From Minisyncoccota bacterium (lineage in GTDB: Bacteria; Patescibacteriota; Minisyncoccia; Phycocordibacterales; UBA9973): a stretch of DNA of 64,000 nucleotides. Location: the NCBI GenBank assembly GCA_041674285.1, contig JBAYVZ010000001.1, positions 10,167 through 74,166 of the forward strand, in the 5' to 3' direction. The notes below the pieces were generated by a model. The model ran no database searches, was not told where the DNA came from, and saw only the letters and a program-made list of their open reading frames with translations. The position numbers and the translations under genes are program-made. Each line of letters starts with the position of its first letter. Position 1 is the first letter of the stretch. Below are positions 17,250 to 28,208 of this stretch, in pieces.

Positions 17250-19724
17250 ATGAAAGAATACGATCACAATAAAATTGAAAAGAAATGGCAGAAAGAGTGG
17301 AGTGACGGTGATGTGTACAAGACTCTCGATTCAAAAAAAGCTAAAGCAAAAAAGTTAAAGCCTTTTTATGTTCTAGATATGTTCCCTTATCCATCAGGTG
17401 CAGGGCTCCATGTTGGTCATCCACGTGGGTATATCGGTAGCGATGTGTATTCTCGAGTAAAGCGTATGCAGGGGTACAATGTCCTACATCCTATGGGTTA
17501 TGATGCTTTTGGTCTACCTGCAGAGCAGTACGCTATCGAGCACAAGATACACCCAAGAAAAGCTGTAGATATCAATGTCAAAACATTTGAAAAACAACTC
17601 TCAATTATAGGTCTGTCATACGACTGGTCTCGCCGTGTAAATACTACAGACCCAGAATACTATCGATGGACTCAGTGGATATTCCTACAACTTTTTAATT
17701 CTTATTACGACACAAAGAAAAATAAAGCAGAAAATATAGATAGTTTAGTAAAAGTTTTTGAAAAAAGTGGCAATGCAAAAGTAAATGCGCACCATACATG
17801 TAAAATAATCTTCTCTGGCAAAGAGTGGAAAAATTTTGACGCACTAAAGAGGCAGGAGATTCTGATGAATTATAGATTGACGTATGAAGCCGAGAGTGAA
17901 GTGAACTGGTGTGAAGGTCTCGGTACAGTGCTTGCCAATGATGAGATTGTAGATGGCAAGGATGGCAAGCAAGTATCCGAGCGTGGAGGTTTCCCCGTAG
18001 AAAAAATGATTATCAAGCAATGGTCTATGCGTATCACTGCGTATGCAGATCGTTTGATCAAGGGTCTCGACACATTAGAATGGTCCAGTCACATAAAGGA
18101 AATTCAAAAGAACTGGATAGGTGAGAGTGTGGGGAGTGAGATTGAATTTAAAATAAAAGATAACGACGAAAAGATAAAAGTATTCACTACACGTGCCGAT
18201 ACTCTATTTGGTGTGACTTATGTAGTGCTGGCTCCAGAGAGTATTTTGATAGAAAAATTATCTGATCAAATAAAAAATAAAAAAGAAATAGAGAAATATA
18301 TAAGTGACGTAAAGAATAAGCCAGAAGAGGATAGAAAGAGTGCGGAGAAAGAAAAAACTGGCGTAGTCCTCGAAGGTATATATGCTATCAATCCTGCAAA
18401 CAATGAAGAGGTTCCTGTGTGGGTGGCTGACTATGTATTGTCTTCATACGGTACAGGTGCAGTGATGGCAGTGCCTATGTATGACGAGAGAGATAATCAG
18501 TTTGCTGTTAAATACAACCTTCCTATAATCGACAGGCCTCTTGTAGATATAAAAGAAATTACAGAAATGGTTGGAGGAAAAATAGTCACAAAATATAAGA
18601 TGCGTGATGCTATTTTTGCACGTCAGAGATACTGGGGTGAGCCGATTCCATTAAGGCGTGATAGAGATGGAATTATTTCGTCTGTAAAAAAGCTACCATT
18701 AGAACTTCCAAAAGTCACTTCATATGAACCAACAGGAAAAGCAGAGGGACCACTCGCAGGTGTGAAGGCATGGGTTAAAGATGGCTACGAGACAAATACT
18801 ATGCCAGGATGGGCAGGGTCTTCTTGGTACTTCCTACGATACATGGATCCAAAGAATGGTAAGAGTTTAGTGGGTGAAAATGAGATAAATTACTGGAAAA
18901 ATGTAGATGTGTATGTGGGTGGTGCAGAGCATGCTACAGGTCATCTACTATACTCTCGTTTCTGGCATAAATTCCTAAAGGATATAGGAGTTGCCAAGAC
19001 AGAGGAGCCATTCAAAAAAATGAAGAATCAGGGTATGATTCTGGCCTCAGATAATCGCAAGATGAGTAAAAGATGGGGTAATGTGATCAATCCAGATGAG
19101 ATAGTAAAGACTTATGGAGCAGACACTCTACGAGTATACGAGATGTTCATGGGACCATTTGACCAGAGTCTTCCTTGGAGTACAGAGAGTATCATAGGCT
19201 CACGCAGATTCATCGAGCGTGTGTGGCGCTTGTCAGCAAAAGTATCTAATAGTAAAACAAGTTCAGAATTAGAAAAAGTTCTACACAAGACAATCAAGAA
19301 AGTAAATGAAGATATCGAAAATTTTGCTTTCAATACAGCGATTTCGTCTATGATGATTTTTGTAAATGAAGCAGAAAAGAACGAGTGCATCTCTGTATCT
19401 GATTTCAAGATGTTCCTGCAGATTTTAGCACCATTTGCTCCGCATTTTACAGATGAATTGTGGCACGAGATGGGGGAGCAGAAGTCTATTCATATCTCTG
19501 GCTGGCCAAAATATAACCCAAAGAAAATAATTGAAGATAGTATGAAAATAGTTGTCCAAGTTAATGGCAAAGTTCGCTCCGAGCTCTCTATCTCAATAGA
19601 TGCCACAGACGATCAAATCAAGGAAATAGCCTTGAAAGACAAGGTTATAATATCTTGGGTGAACGGAGCTGATATAAAGCGAGTAATTTACGTAAAAGGT
19701 AGACTCGTGAATATAGTTGTCTAG
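17250..19724 (+). CDS. leuS: Leucyl-tRNA synthetase
   Basis: HIGH motif PYPSGAGLHVGHPRGY, KMSKS motif KMSKRWGNV, editing-domain insert, 824 aa. Confidence 0.92.
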   Translation: MKEYDHNKIEKKWQKEWSDGDVYKTLDSKKAKAKKLKPFYVLDMFPYPSGAGLHVGHPRGYIGSDVYSRVKRMQGYNVLHPMGYDAFGLPAEQYAIEHKIHPRKAVDINVKTFEKQLSIIGLSYDWSRRVNTTDPEYYRWTQWIFLQLFNSYYDTKKNKAENIDSLVKVFEKSGNAKVNAHHTCKIIFSGKEWKNFDALKRQEILMNYRLTYEAESEVNWCEGLGTVLANDEIVDGKDGKQVSERGGFPVEKMIIKQWSMRITAYADRLIKGLDTLEWSSHIKEIQKNWIGESVGSEIEFKIKDNDEKIKVFTTRADTLFGVTYVVLAPESILIEKLSDQIKNKKEIEKYISDVKNKPEEDRKSAEKEKTGVVLEGIYAINPANNEEVPVWVADYVLSSYGTGAVMAVPMYDERDNQFAVKYNLPIIDRPLVDIKEITEMVGGKIVTKYKMRDAIFARQRYWGEPIPLRRDRDGIISSVKKLPLELPKVTSYEPTGKAEGPLAGVKAWVKDGYETNTMPGWAGSSWYFLRYMDPKNGKSLVGENEINYWKNVDVYVGGAEHATGHLLYSRFWHKFLKDIGVAKTEEPFKKMKNQGMILASDNRKMSKRWGNVINPDEIVKTYGADTLRVYEMFMGPFDQSLPWSTESIIGSRRFIERVWRLSAKVSNSKTSSELEKVLHKTIKKVNEDIENFAFNTAISSMMIFVNEAEKNECISVSDFKMFLQILAPFAPHFTDELWHEMGEQKSIHISGWPKYNPKKIIEDSMKIVVQVNGKVRSELSISIDATDDQIKEIALKDKVIISWVNGADIKRVIYVKGRLVNIVV

Positions 19725-19797
19725 TATTGTATAGAAAATTAAGTTATAATATATAAATTGCCGACGCAATTATTATAATTATTATTTTATTTATACA

Positions 19798-22146
19798 ATG
19801 GAATCAAAAAACGTTAGTCTTATAAACAAGTTATCTTTCTTTTCTTTAGTAGGGTCTTTGTTATTGTCTGTATTCTTTTTTGTGCCGTATTCTTCTGTTA
19901 CAGCTGATGCTAGTAAGGGGTTTCTTATTTCTATAGGAGTTATTGCTTCTGTTTTTTTCTGGTTGATTGCTAGGCTGATGGATGGTAAATTTTTAATACC
20001 AAAAGATAAAATAATGTTATCTGTCTTGTCCTTGCCTGTAATGTTTTTTGTTGCGTCACTTTTTTCATCGTCATTACACACCTCTCTATTCTCTTCTGGA
20101 TTTGAGGTCGGTACTTTTGGTTTTATTTTGACGATGTCTCTCATTTTCTTTTTGTCTTCTATATATTTTCAAGGAGAAAAGGGTCTGTCTGTTTTCTTTA
20201 AATTTCTTTTCCTCGGTGGGGCCATCGCTGCGGGATTGCAATTGATCTATGTATTTTTAGGGAACATAAGTTTTGTAGCAAAATTCTTCTCTGCGATTTC
20301 TTCTGGTAATTTTGTAGGGTCTTGGAATGATTTTGTTCTATTCATGGGCCTGATGGTTATCTTGTCTATCTTCACTTTGGAATTCTTGAAATTGAGTAAA
20401 AAATATAAGATTTTCCTATATATATTAATGGCTGTAGGTTTGGTGTTTATGATGATTATAAATATCCCATTCGTGTGGTTGCTAGTAGGACTATTTTCTC
20501 TTGTTGTTTTTGTATATAGTATTTCTATTCAAAACGTAAAAAAGGGTGATGGTGAAAAAGAAAAGAAGTTACCAGTACCTTCATTGATCGTGATGATCGT
20601 CTCTGTTCTATTTTTGATAGGTGGTAGTTTGTTCGGTAGTTTGATATCTAGATATGTCAATTTATATAATCCAGATGTCCGACCATCTCTCTCTGCTACA
20701 TCTCAAATAGCATGGAAGGCTGTAAAACATAATCCATTCTTTGGTACAGGTCCAAATACTTTTGCTATCGACTGGGCGCTCTGGAAGCCTGAAGTTATAA
20801 AGGATACTGCTTATTGGAATTTGGATTTTGTTCAGGGTGTTGGTCTAGTTCCTACCTTCTTGGTTACTACTGGAGTCCTCGGTTTCCTCGCTATTCTTGT
20901 ATTTATGGGATTGTTTTTATGGAAAGGGGTCAAGTCTTTGAAATTTGCTTTTGGTGATGATCCATCTAACTATTTTATGATGTCATCATTTATCTTGGCC
21001 GTATACGGATGGGTGGCTATGCTAATATACACTCCAGGGATATTGATATGTGCACTTACTTTTGCTGCCAGTGGTGTATTTATAGGTGTTCTGGTGAATA
21101 AGAAGATCGTACCAGTTTATAATATTTCATTCTTGAATGATCCACGTAATAGTTTCTTTTCAATACTTACTATCGTGGTCTTGATGATTGTAGCTATCTC
21201 TGGTGTATATATGTATACACAAAAATTTGTTTCGATCGTGTACTTTTCTAAGGGGGTGAGTGCGACAGATAATTCTGTGGAATCTATGTCCAAGTCAGAG
21301 AGAATGCTTTTGAACGCAATAGCATTAGATCAAAATGATTTGTATTACAGAACTTTGTCACAGGTCTATGTAGCTCAGTTGAATTATATTTTGACAGACA
21401 AGACTTTATCTGAGGATATTGTAAAGTCTCGTGCTCAAAGTGTCGTAGCAAGTATACAGCAATCAGCAAGCGGTGCTGTGTCTGTCAGTCCAAAGAATTA
21501 CCAGAACTGGGTTAATCTGGGGAATGTCTATTCTTCATTGGTCACTATGGGAGTAGACAAAGCTTACGAGAACGCAGTGGACTCTTATAGTAAGGCATTG
21601 ACTTTCGCACCTTCAAATCCATCTATACTTCTCGCTCGTGCTCAACTTGAATTTTTGAAAAAAGATAATGAATCCGCTAAGAAATACATAGAAGAAGCTC
21701 TAAAGATGAAGAAAGATTATCTTGATGCTATATTCATGATGGCTCAGATACAAACTAGTGAGGGTAATCTGCCTGGTGCGATAAAACAAGCTGAGTACGC
21801 AGCTAGTCTATATCCAAATGATCCATCAGTATTCTTCCAGTTAGGTTTACTAAGATACAATAACAACGAGTTCACAAATGCGGTTAGTGCATTTGAGACA
21901 GCTGTTATATTGAATCCATCATATTTCAACGCTAGATATTTCTTAGGTATGTCTTATGCAAAGATAGGAAGGACTGCGGATGCAAAGATTCAATTTGAAA
22001 TATTAAATAAATACATACCAGACAACGCTGACGTAAAGAAAGAACTAGATAAATTAAACAATCCTAGCTCTGCTGATTCAAAAACAGTAAATAATAAAAA
22101 TACTGCAAATAAAAATATAAAATTACCTATCCCAGAAAAGAAATAA
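19798..22146 (+). CDS. Polytopic membrane protein with O-antigen-ligase-like (Wzy_C) core and C-terminal TPR repeats
   Basis: More than 10 TM helices in the N-terminal 500 aa; C-terminal approximately 250 aa has TPR-like repeats (YENAVDSYSKALTFAPSNP..., ARYFLGMSYAKIGRTADAKIQFE). This architecture is common in CPR genomes. Confidence 0.55.
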   Translation: MESKNVSLINKLSFFSLVGSLLLSVFFFVPYSSVTADASKGFLISIGVIASVFFWLIARLMDGKFLIPKDKIMLSVLSLPVMFFVASLFSSSLHTSLFSSGFEVGTFGFILTMSLIFFLSSIYFQGEKGLSVFFKFLFLGGAIAAGLQLIYVFLGNISFVAKFFSAISSGNFVGSWNDFVLFMGLMVILSIFTLEFLKLSKKYKIFLYILMAVGLVFMMIINIPFVWLLVGLFSLVVFVYSISIQNVKKGDGEKEKKLPVPSLIVMIVSVLFLIGGSLFGSLISRYVNLYNPDVRPSLSATSQIAWKAVKHNPFFGTGPNTFAIDWALWKPEVIKDTAYWNLDFVQGVGLVPTFLVTTGVLGFLAILVFMGLFLWKGVKSLKFAFGDDPSNYFMMSSFILAVYGWVAMLIYTPGILICALTFAASGVFIGVLVNKKIVPVYNISFLNDPRNSFFSILTIVVLMIVAISGVYMYTQKFVSIVYFSKGVSATDNSVESMSKSERMLLNAIALDQNDLYYRTLSQVYVAQLNYILTDKTLSEDIVKSRAQSVVASIQQSASGAVSVSPKNYQNWVNLGNVYSSLVTMGVDKAYENAVDSYSKALTFAPSNPSILLARAQLEFLKKDNESAKKYIEEALKMKKDYLDAIFMMAQIQTSEGNLPGAIKQAEYAASLYPNDPSVFFQLGLLRYNNNEFTNAVSAFETAVILNPSYFNARYFLGMSYAKIGRTADAKIQFEILNKYIPDNADVKKELDKLNNPSSADSKTVNNKNTANKNIKLPIPEKK

Positions 22147-22161
22147 TAATATTTTATTGAT

Positions 22162-23850
22162 ATGGTCAGTAAATTATTAAAATTATTGAATAAAGAATTT
22201 CATGGTGTAAACGAAGCCGCGCTACTGCTCGGCTTGTTTACGTTTGTGTCTCAGCTACTCGGTTTATATCGAGATAGGATGTTAGCTCATATGATAGGTC
22301 CAGGGCCGACTCTCGATGTGTATTATGCGGCATTTAGAATACCTGATTTTCTATATGTTTCTGTGGCGTCTCTCGCATCGATAACAGTACTCATGCCTTT
22401 TATGATGTCTCGCTTGAATTTCAAGAATGGGGAGGGGAAACTGATCGCACAGAGGTTTATAAATAATGTATTTAGTGCATATATGATTTTTATGGTTTTT
22501 ATTTGCGCTATTATATTCATATTGATGCCTTATATTGCACCACATATAGCACCAGGTTTTAATGGTGATCAAGTGAATATGCTGGTCACTACTAGTCGTC
22601 TCATGTTACTGTCTCCAGTACTAATCGGACTTTCAAATCTACTAGGTACTATTACTCAGATATTCAAGAATTTCTTTGTCTTTTCTCTGTCTCCTATATT
22701 TTATAATTTGGGAATTTTGGCTGGGATATTCTTCTTTTATCCTATTTTTGGGGTCTATGGTTTAGCATTGGGTGTGGCATTGGGTGCAATGTTGCATTTG
22801 CTAATACAGATTCCGGTTGTCATAAAACATGAATTTTTCCCATCCTTTACAAAGATAGATTGGGTAGAGATTTATAGTGTAGTAAAAGTATCATTACCCC
22901 GAACTTTGACTTTGTCTTTCGGTAGTATTGCATTTCTTTCTCTGGTTGCCATCGCTTCCACTATGAAATCTGGTTCTATCTCATTGTTTAATTTTGCTTT
23001 TAATCTACAGTCTGTACCAGTGGGAATCATCGGTATATCATATTCTGTTGCAGCTTTTCCTGTGCTAGTAAAATCATTCTCAAATAAAGATATGAATACT
23101 TTTATCAGTCATGTCGTCGGAGCTTCAAAACAGATTATTTTTTGGACGATGCCCGTCATCGCATTATTCATCGTATTGCGTGCCCAAATCGTCCGCGTAG
23201 CACTGGGAACCAATACTTTTTCTTGGTCAGATACACGTCTAACTGCAGCAGCGGGGGCTCTATTTATCGTATCGCTGGTGACACAGAGCTTAGTATTATT
23301 ATTTGTGAGGGGATACTACGCAACAGGTAACACTCGTAAGCCACTATTTGTAAATTTATTCTCTTCTGTATCTATTATTGTTTTTGCTTTATTTTTTATT
23401 TATATATTCAAGGTTTATCCGAATACTCTCGATGTATTTGAAAATCTTATGCGCGTCCACGATGTGCCAGGCACGATCATGTTCGCATTGCCTATTGCAT
23501 ACACCCTCGGTTCAATTTTGAATTTCTTTTTGATTTTTTATTTATTCAAAAAAGATTTTTTGAATAATATTGATTGCGGAATATTAAAGGTCTTTTTCCA
23601 GTCCTTACTCGCTTCTGTTTCTGTCGGATTTGTGTCTTATTTTATGTTGAATATTCTAGATGACTTATTGCCTCTCGATACTGGAATGGGTATATTCCTC
23701 CAAGGTTTCGTGTCTGGTGTGGCTGGTATTTGCGTTGGGGTTCTCGTTCTTTATCTATTTAAAAATCAAGAGTTATTTGATATATACAAGGCACTTCAAA
23801 AGAAATTCTGGCGTAGTGCTATGGTTGCCCCAGAGCAGGGAAAGCTATAG
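22162..23850 (+). CDS. murJ: Lipid II flippase MurJ (MviN family)
   Basis: 14-TM MOP-superfamily layout; N-terminal LLGLYRDRMLAHMIGPGPTLDVYYAAFRIPDFLY matches the MurJ signature. Confidence 0.75.
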   Translation: MVSKLLKLLNKEFHGVNEAALLLGLFTFVSQLLGLYRDRMLAHMIGPGPTLDVYYAAFRIPDFLYVSVASLASITVLMPFMMSRLNFKNGEGKLIAQRFINNVFSAYMIFMVFICAIIFILMPYIAPHIAPGFNGDQVNMLVTTSRLMLLSPVLIGLSNLLGTITQIFKNFFVFSLSPIFYNLGILAGIFFFYPIFGVYGLALGVALGAMLHLLIQIPVVIKHEFFPSFTKIDWVEIYSVVKVSLPRTLTLSFGSIAFLSLVAIASTMKSGSISLFNFAFNLQSVPVGIIGISYSVAAFPVLVKSFSNKDMNTFISHVVGASKQIIFWTMPVIALFIVLRAQIVRVALGTNTFSWSDTRLTAAAGALFIVSLVTQSLVLLFVRGYYATGNTRKPLFVNLFSSVSIIVFALFFIYIFKVYPNTLDVFENLMRVHDVPGTIMFALPIAYTLGSILNFFLIFYLFKKDFLNNIDCGILKVFFQSLLASVSVGFVSYFMLNILDDLLPLDTGMGIFLQGFVSGVAGICVGVLVLYLFKNQELFDIYKALQKKFWRSAMVAPEQGKL

Positions 23851-23910
23851 TAAAAATGTTTCTTTAAAAAATGCTTTTAAAACAAGCATTTTTTTGTTAT
23901 CATGTAGAAT

Positions 23911-25671
23911 ATGTCATTATTCTCAAGTATTTTAAAATATATTTGGCCACAGATGCGAAAATATAAATTCGCATTCTTTTTGATTTTGTTTATTTTTGCG
24001 CTTAGGACTGTTTTGGATGCAGTGGTTCGACCTTTTTTATTTAAAAAAATTATAGATTCAATATCTCTTTCTGGGGTGGATCGGATTTCCTTGACTGAGC
24101 CAATAACAAATCTAGTTATCATGATTATATCGGTCGGTTTCTCTCTGTTGATTATCGGGCGTCTTAGCAAGTATATGCATCTTTCTTTTGAAATAAATAT
24201 GATTAGTGATTTAAGAAATTTTGCATTCAAAAAAATTCAAGGCCACTCCCAGACTTTTTTCTCGAATACTTTTTCGGGGTCCCTGGTTACAAAATCTCGT
24301 AGATTCGTGGGTTCTTTTGAATCGATGTATGATATTTTTATATATGAATTCTGGAGTGTTTTTATCGCTCTGATTAGTATCTTTGTGGTTATGTATCATC
24401 AGTCGGTATTTCTGACATATATATTCCTAGTCTTCATAGTAGTTTTTGTCAGCTTAGTCTCTTTCTTTGTTGGGAAAAAAGTTAAATATGATTTAGAGGA
24501 GGCTCAAGCTGATTCAAAAATTGGGGGAAGATTGGCTGATATTTTTGGTAATATTTTAGCTGTAAAAATATTTTCTTCTGGTAAATCTGAAATTAAAGCA
24601 TTCGGGGAGATAGTAGAGAATGCCGCTCTCAAGAGTCGTAAGGCTTGGTTTTTTGGTAATAGAATAGACGCGCTACAGGGAACTCTAGTTTTCATCACTC
24701 AGAGTAGTATATTGTATTTTATGATTAAATTCTGGCTCGCAGGAGAGATCAGTACAGGAACAGTAGTCTTGATTCAGACTTACATGGTTATCATATTTGA
24801 TCGACTTTGGAATTTGGGTAATGCACTTACTAAATTCATGAAATATTCTGCTGACATGAAGGAGATGGTTGATATTTTTGAGGTAATTCAAGATGTAACA
24901 GATCCAGTAATTCCAGAAAAATTAAAAATGAAAAAAGGTCATCTTGTTTTTAATGATGTGAGTTTTAAATATAAAAATAATGAGGAGATTTTTAATAATT
25001 TTAATTTGGATATAAAACCCGGTGAGAGAATCGGTCTCGTAGGTCACTCTGGTGCCGGTAAATCTACTTTTGTAAATTTGATTCTAAGATTTTCTGATGT
25101 AAATAGTGGCAGTATCACTATAGACGGGCAGGACGTGCGCAATGTGACTCAGGATGATCTACGTAGTGCTATATCTTATGTGCCCCAGGAATCTGTATTA
25201 TTTCATCGAACAATACGTGAGAATATATCTTATGGAAAACAAGACGCCACAGACAAAGAAATTATTTCTGCAGCCAAGAAAGCCAGAGCTCATGGATTTG
25301 TAGAAAAGCTACCAAATAAATACGAGACATATGTAGGTGAGCGTGGAGTAAAGCTTTCTGGTGGTGAGCGTCAGCGTGTAGCTATCGCTCGGGCGATATT
25401 GAAAAATAGTCCGATATTTATCCTCGACGAAGCAACGAGCGCTCTGGATAGTATCTCAGAACAGTATATTCAGGATGCTTTTAATGAAATAATGAAAAAC
25501 AAGACTACTATCGTCATCGCTCACCGCCTGTCGACCATCCAAAAGATGGACCGAATAATAGTCCTGGAAGACGGTAAAATCGTCGAAGAGGGTACTCATG
25601 CTGAACTTCTAGAAAAAGGTGGCCAGTACTCCGATCTCTGGAATCACCAAGTCGGTGGTTTTATCGAATAA
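23911..25671 (+). CDS. ABC transporter permease/ATPase fusion (MsbA/exporter type)
   Basis: 6-TM N-terminal domain; Walker A GHSGAGKST, signature LSGGERQRVAIARA, Walker B ILDEATSALD. Confidence 0.85.
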   Translation: MSLFSSILKYIWPQMRKYKFAFFLILFIFALRTVLDAVVRPFLFKKIIDSISLSGVDRISLTEPITNLVIMIISVGFSLLIIGRLSKYMHLSFEINMISDLRNFAFKKIQGHSQTFFSNTFSGSLVTKSRRFVGSFESMYDIFIYEFWSVFIALISIFVVMYHQSVFLTYIFLVFIVVFVSLVSFFVGKKVKYDLEEAQADSKIGGRLADIFGNILAVKIFSSGKSEIKAFGEIVENAALKSRKAWFFGNRIDALQGTLVFITQSSILYFMIKFWLAGEISTGTVVLIQTYMVIIFDRLWNLGNALTKFMKYSADMKEMVDIFEVIQDVTDPVIPEKLKMKKGHLVFNDVSFKYKNNEEIFNNFNLDIKPGERIGLVGHSGAGKSTFVNLILRFSDVNSGSITIDGQDVRNVTQDDLRSAISYVPQESVLFHRTIRENISYGKQDATDKEIISAAKKARAHGFVEKLPNKYETYVGERGVKLSGGERQRVAIARAILKNSPIFILDEATSALDSISEQYIQDAFNEIMKNKTTIVIAHRLSTIQKMDRIIVLEDGKIVEEGTHAELLEKGGQYSDLWNHQVGGFIE

Positions 25672-25715
25672 TACTCCTTTTAATTTAAGTGTTTTTCTGG
25701 TAGGATAGGGGAATA

Positions 25716-27536
25716 ATGGACATAAAGCATATAAGAAATTTTAGTATCATCGCTCATATTGATCACGGTAAGAGTACCCTTGCAGACCGCATGTTAGAAG
25801 TGACGGGCACTATTGAGGCGCGTAAAATGAAGGATCAAGTTCTAGATTCTATGGAATTGGAGCGCGAGCGAGGTATTACGATCAAGATGCAGCCTGTACG
25901 TATGGAGCATAAAGTTGATGGTGAAAAATACATTTTAAACCTCATCGATACACCCGGGCACATCGACTTCTCATATGAGGTATCCCGTGCCCTGAAGGCC
26001 GTAGAAGGCTCTATATTGCTCGTAGACTCGACTCAGGGCGTACAGGCTCAGACACTCACTACTCTACAGATGGCTCGCGATTCTGGCCTTGTAATCATCC
26101 CTGTATTGTCCAAGATTGATTCACCACTATCTCGTGTAGATGAGGTAAAAATGGAAGTAGCAATACTTCTTGATATTGACCCAGATACTATCATGCTGGT
26201 CTCTGGCAAGACTGGTGACGGAGTTGCAGATCTTTTGAATGAGATTGTGAATCGTGTACCGCCTCCGACTTTTGAAGTAGCCACTGATAAGAATACAAAT
26301 AGTGCTCTTGTGTTTGACTTTAAATACGACAATCATCGTGGGGTCATCGTCTATGTCCGTGTATTTGGTGGATCATTTAAAAAAGGTGACTATCTAAAAT
26401 TCGCAGTATCAGATGAGCAGTTTATTGCTCTTGAGGTAGGGACATTTTCCCCCGAAGAGAATCCAAAAGATAGTCTAGTAAGTGGAGAGATTGGTTATAT
26501 CGTCACAGGTATTAAAAAGCCAGGTATAGCATCTGTCGGAGACACTGTCACAAATTCCAAGAACGGTGCGACAGCTCTGCATGGATATATGAATCCTCGT
26601 CCTGTAGTATGGGCGTCTGTATATCCTGAATCTGCAGATGATTTTACAAATCTAAAAGCTGCACTCGGCAAGCTGCGTCTTTCTGACTCTGCATTTTCAT
26701 ATGAAGAAGAGACATCTGGTACTCTCGGTCGTGGTTTTCGTTGCGGGTTCCTCGGCATGCTTCACCTTGAGATTATCACAGAGAGATTGTCTCGCGAATT
26801 TGACTTGCAGTTGATTGTGACGATGCCATCTATTACATACAAAGTATTATTGAGAAATGGAAAAGAAGAGACTATATATTCACCACACCTTTTCCCAGAC
26901 GATAGTAGTGTAGTAAAAGTTTTCGAGCCATGGATACACGTAAAGATTATCGCACCACTATCTTATGTAGGAGTGTTGATGCCATTTTTATTTGAACACG
27001 AGGCAGATATCAAGATGACTGAGAATTTTGGAGACAACAGAACCCAGGTCACAGTAGATATGCCTCTACGTGAATTGATGAGAAATTTCTTTGATGATCT
27101 TAAATCTCTGACTTCAGGATACGGATCTATCTCTTATGAGATGGATGAATACCGTGAGGCAGATGTAGTGCGTCTAGATATCATCGTAGCAGATGAGCCA
27201 GTGGTGGCATTCTGTCGTGTTGTGTCTCGTCGTCGTGCCGAAGATGAAGCAAGAGATCAGGTGGAGAGATTAAAGAAGGTAATCCCTCGTCATCAGTTTG
27301 CATTTAAAATCCAAGGCAAGGCCCTAGGCCGAATCATCGCATCTGAGTCTGTATCAGCCTACCGTAAAGATGTATTGATGCATGGTAGTAAGGTAGTAGG
27401 AGGTGGAGATATTAGTCGCAAAAAGAAACTATTGGAAAAACAAAAGAAGGGTAAGGCTCGCCAAGCTGAAAATGGAAAAGTGAACATAACCCAGGACGTA
27501 TTCCTAAAAATGATGCGCAGTGGTGGAGGTAAGTAA
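25716..27536 (+). CDS. lepA: Elongation factor 4 (LepA)
   Basis: IRNFSIIAHIDHGKSTLADR, DTPGHIDF, LepA C-terminal domain; 606 aa. Confidence 0.92.
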   Translation: MDIKHIRNFSIIAHIDHGKSTLADRMLEVTGTIEARKMKDQVLDSMELERERGITIKMQPVRMEHKVDGEKYILNLIDTPGHIDFSYEVSRALKAVEGSILLVDSTQGVQAQTLTTLQMARDSGLVIIPVLSKIDSPLSRVDEVKMEVAILLDIDPDTIMLVSGKTGDGVADLLNEIVNRVPPPTFEVATDKNTNSALVFDFKYDNHRGVIVYVRVFGGSFKKGDYLKFAVSDEQFIALEVGTFSPEENPKDSLVSGEIGYIVTGIKKPGIASVGDTVTNSKNGATALHGYMNPRPVVWASVYPESADDFTNLKAALGKLRLSDSAFSYEEETSGTLGRGFRCGFLGMLHLEIITERLSREFDLQLIVTMPSITYKVLLRNGKEETIYSPHLFPDDSSVVKVFEPWIHVKIIAPLSYVGVLMPFLFEHEADIKMTENFGDNRTQVTVDMPLRELMRNFFDDLKSLTSGYGSISYEMDEYREADVVRLDIIVADEPVVAFCRVVSRRRAEDEARDQVERLKKVIPRHQFAFKIQGKALGRIIASESVSAYRKDVLMHGSKVVGGGDISRKKKLLEKQKKGKARQAENGKVNITQDVFLKMMRSGGGK

Positions 27537-27566
27537 AAAGAGCCCAAATGGGCTCTTTTTACTTAT
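27537..27566 (+). terminator. Intrinsic terminator after lepA
   Basis: aaaagagcccaaatgggctctttttact: GC stem plus T-run. Confidence 0.7.
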
Positions 27567-27711
27567 ACAATAAAACGTTATTATAAATTGAATATTGGCA
27601 TGTAAAGCATTATCATACTTACTATAACTAGTATAGATATTATGGTAAATACCAATCTCATCCTCTTTTGGCTTTTTGCGCTGAAAATCATGTTATAATC
27701 ATATCAGAAAT

Positions 27712-28089
27712 ATGGAAGAATTCAAGAAGAAAAAAATGAATACCTTTTGGCACTCTCCATTATCGCTAATAGTGCTGTTTTTGATTTTTGTAATTTTTGC
27801 TTATAATATGGTGGGTTTATTTATAAAAGAAAGAGAAACTGCCAAGACCAAGGCTCTTGTTTTAGATAAAATGAATTCCCTCCAAGAGAGGGAGAAGTCT
27901 TTATCAGAATCAATCGAGCAATTAAAAACAGAAAAGGGGTCTGAAGTTTTAATAAGAGATAAATATCAAGTCGTAAGACCTGGCGAAAAAATGCTCGTGA
28001 TTGTAGACAAAGCAGAATTAGAGACTGAAGAAACTGAAAACACAAAAGAGCACGGTTTTTTAAATTGGTTTAAGAATTTGTTTAAATAA
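27712..28089 (+). CDS. FtsB/DivIC-like septum formation initiator (single TM plus coiled coil)
   Basis: N-terminal TM then coiled coil, ending ...LIRDKYQVVRPGEKMLVI, typical of FtsB/DivIC C-termini. The true start is possibly the internal Met at 27736. Confidence 0.4.
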   Translation: MEEFKKKKMNTFWHSPLSLIVLFLIFVIFAYNMVGLFIKERETAKTKALVLDKMNSLQEREKSLSESIEQLKTEKGSEVLIRDKYQVVRPGEKMLVIVDKAELETEETENTKEHGFLNWFKNLFK

Positions 28090-28112
28090 GAATTATTTAA
28101 AATAATAATCTG

Positions 28113-28183
28113 CGGGATTAGTTTAGTGGTAGGACGCGACCTTCCCAAGGTTGAGTCACGGGTTCGATTCCCGTATACCGCAC
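28113..28183 (+). tRNA. tRNA-Gly (anticodon CCC)
   Basis: Cloverleaf gcgggat-ta-gttt agtggt aggac-g-cgacc ttCCCaa ggttg-agtc-acggg ttcgatt cccgt-ataccgc-a. No encoded CCA. Confidence 0.8.
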
Positions 28184-28208
28184 TAGCTTTATAATTAATT
28201 TATTTTAT

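Noticed and set aside
23877-24230. 117-aa minus-strand ORF overlapping the start of the ABC transporter gene, and similar antisense ORFs inside leuS, lepA, valS, murD, PBP2
   Set aside because: All overlap strongly supported genes on the other strand and lack independent evidence.
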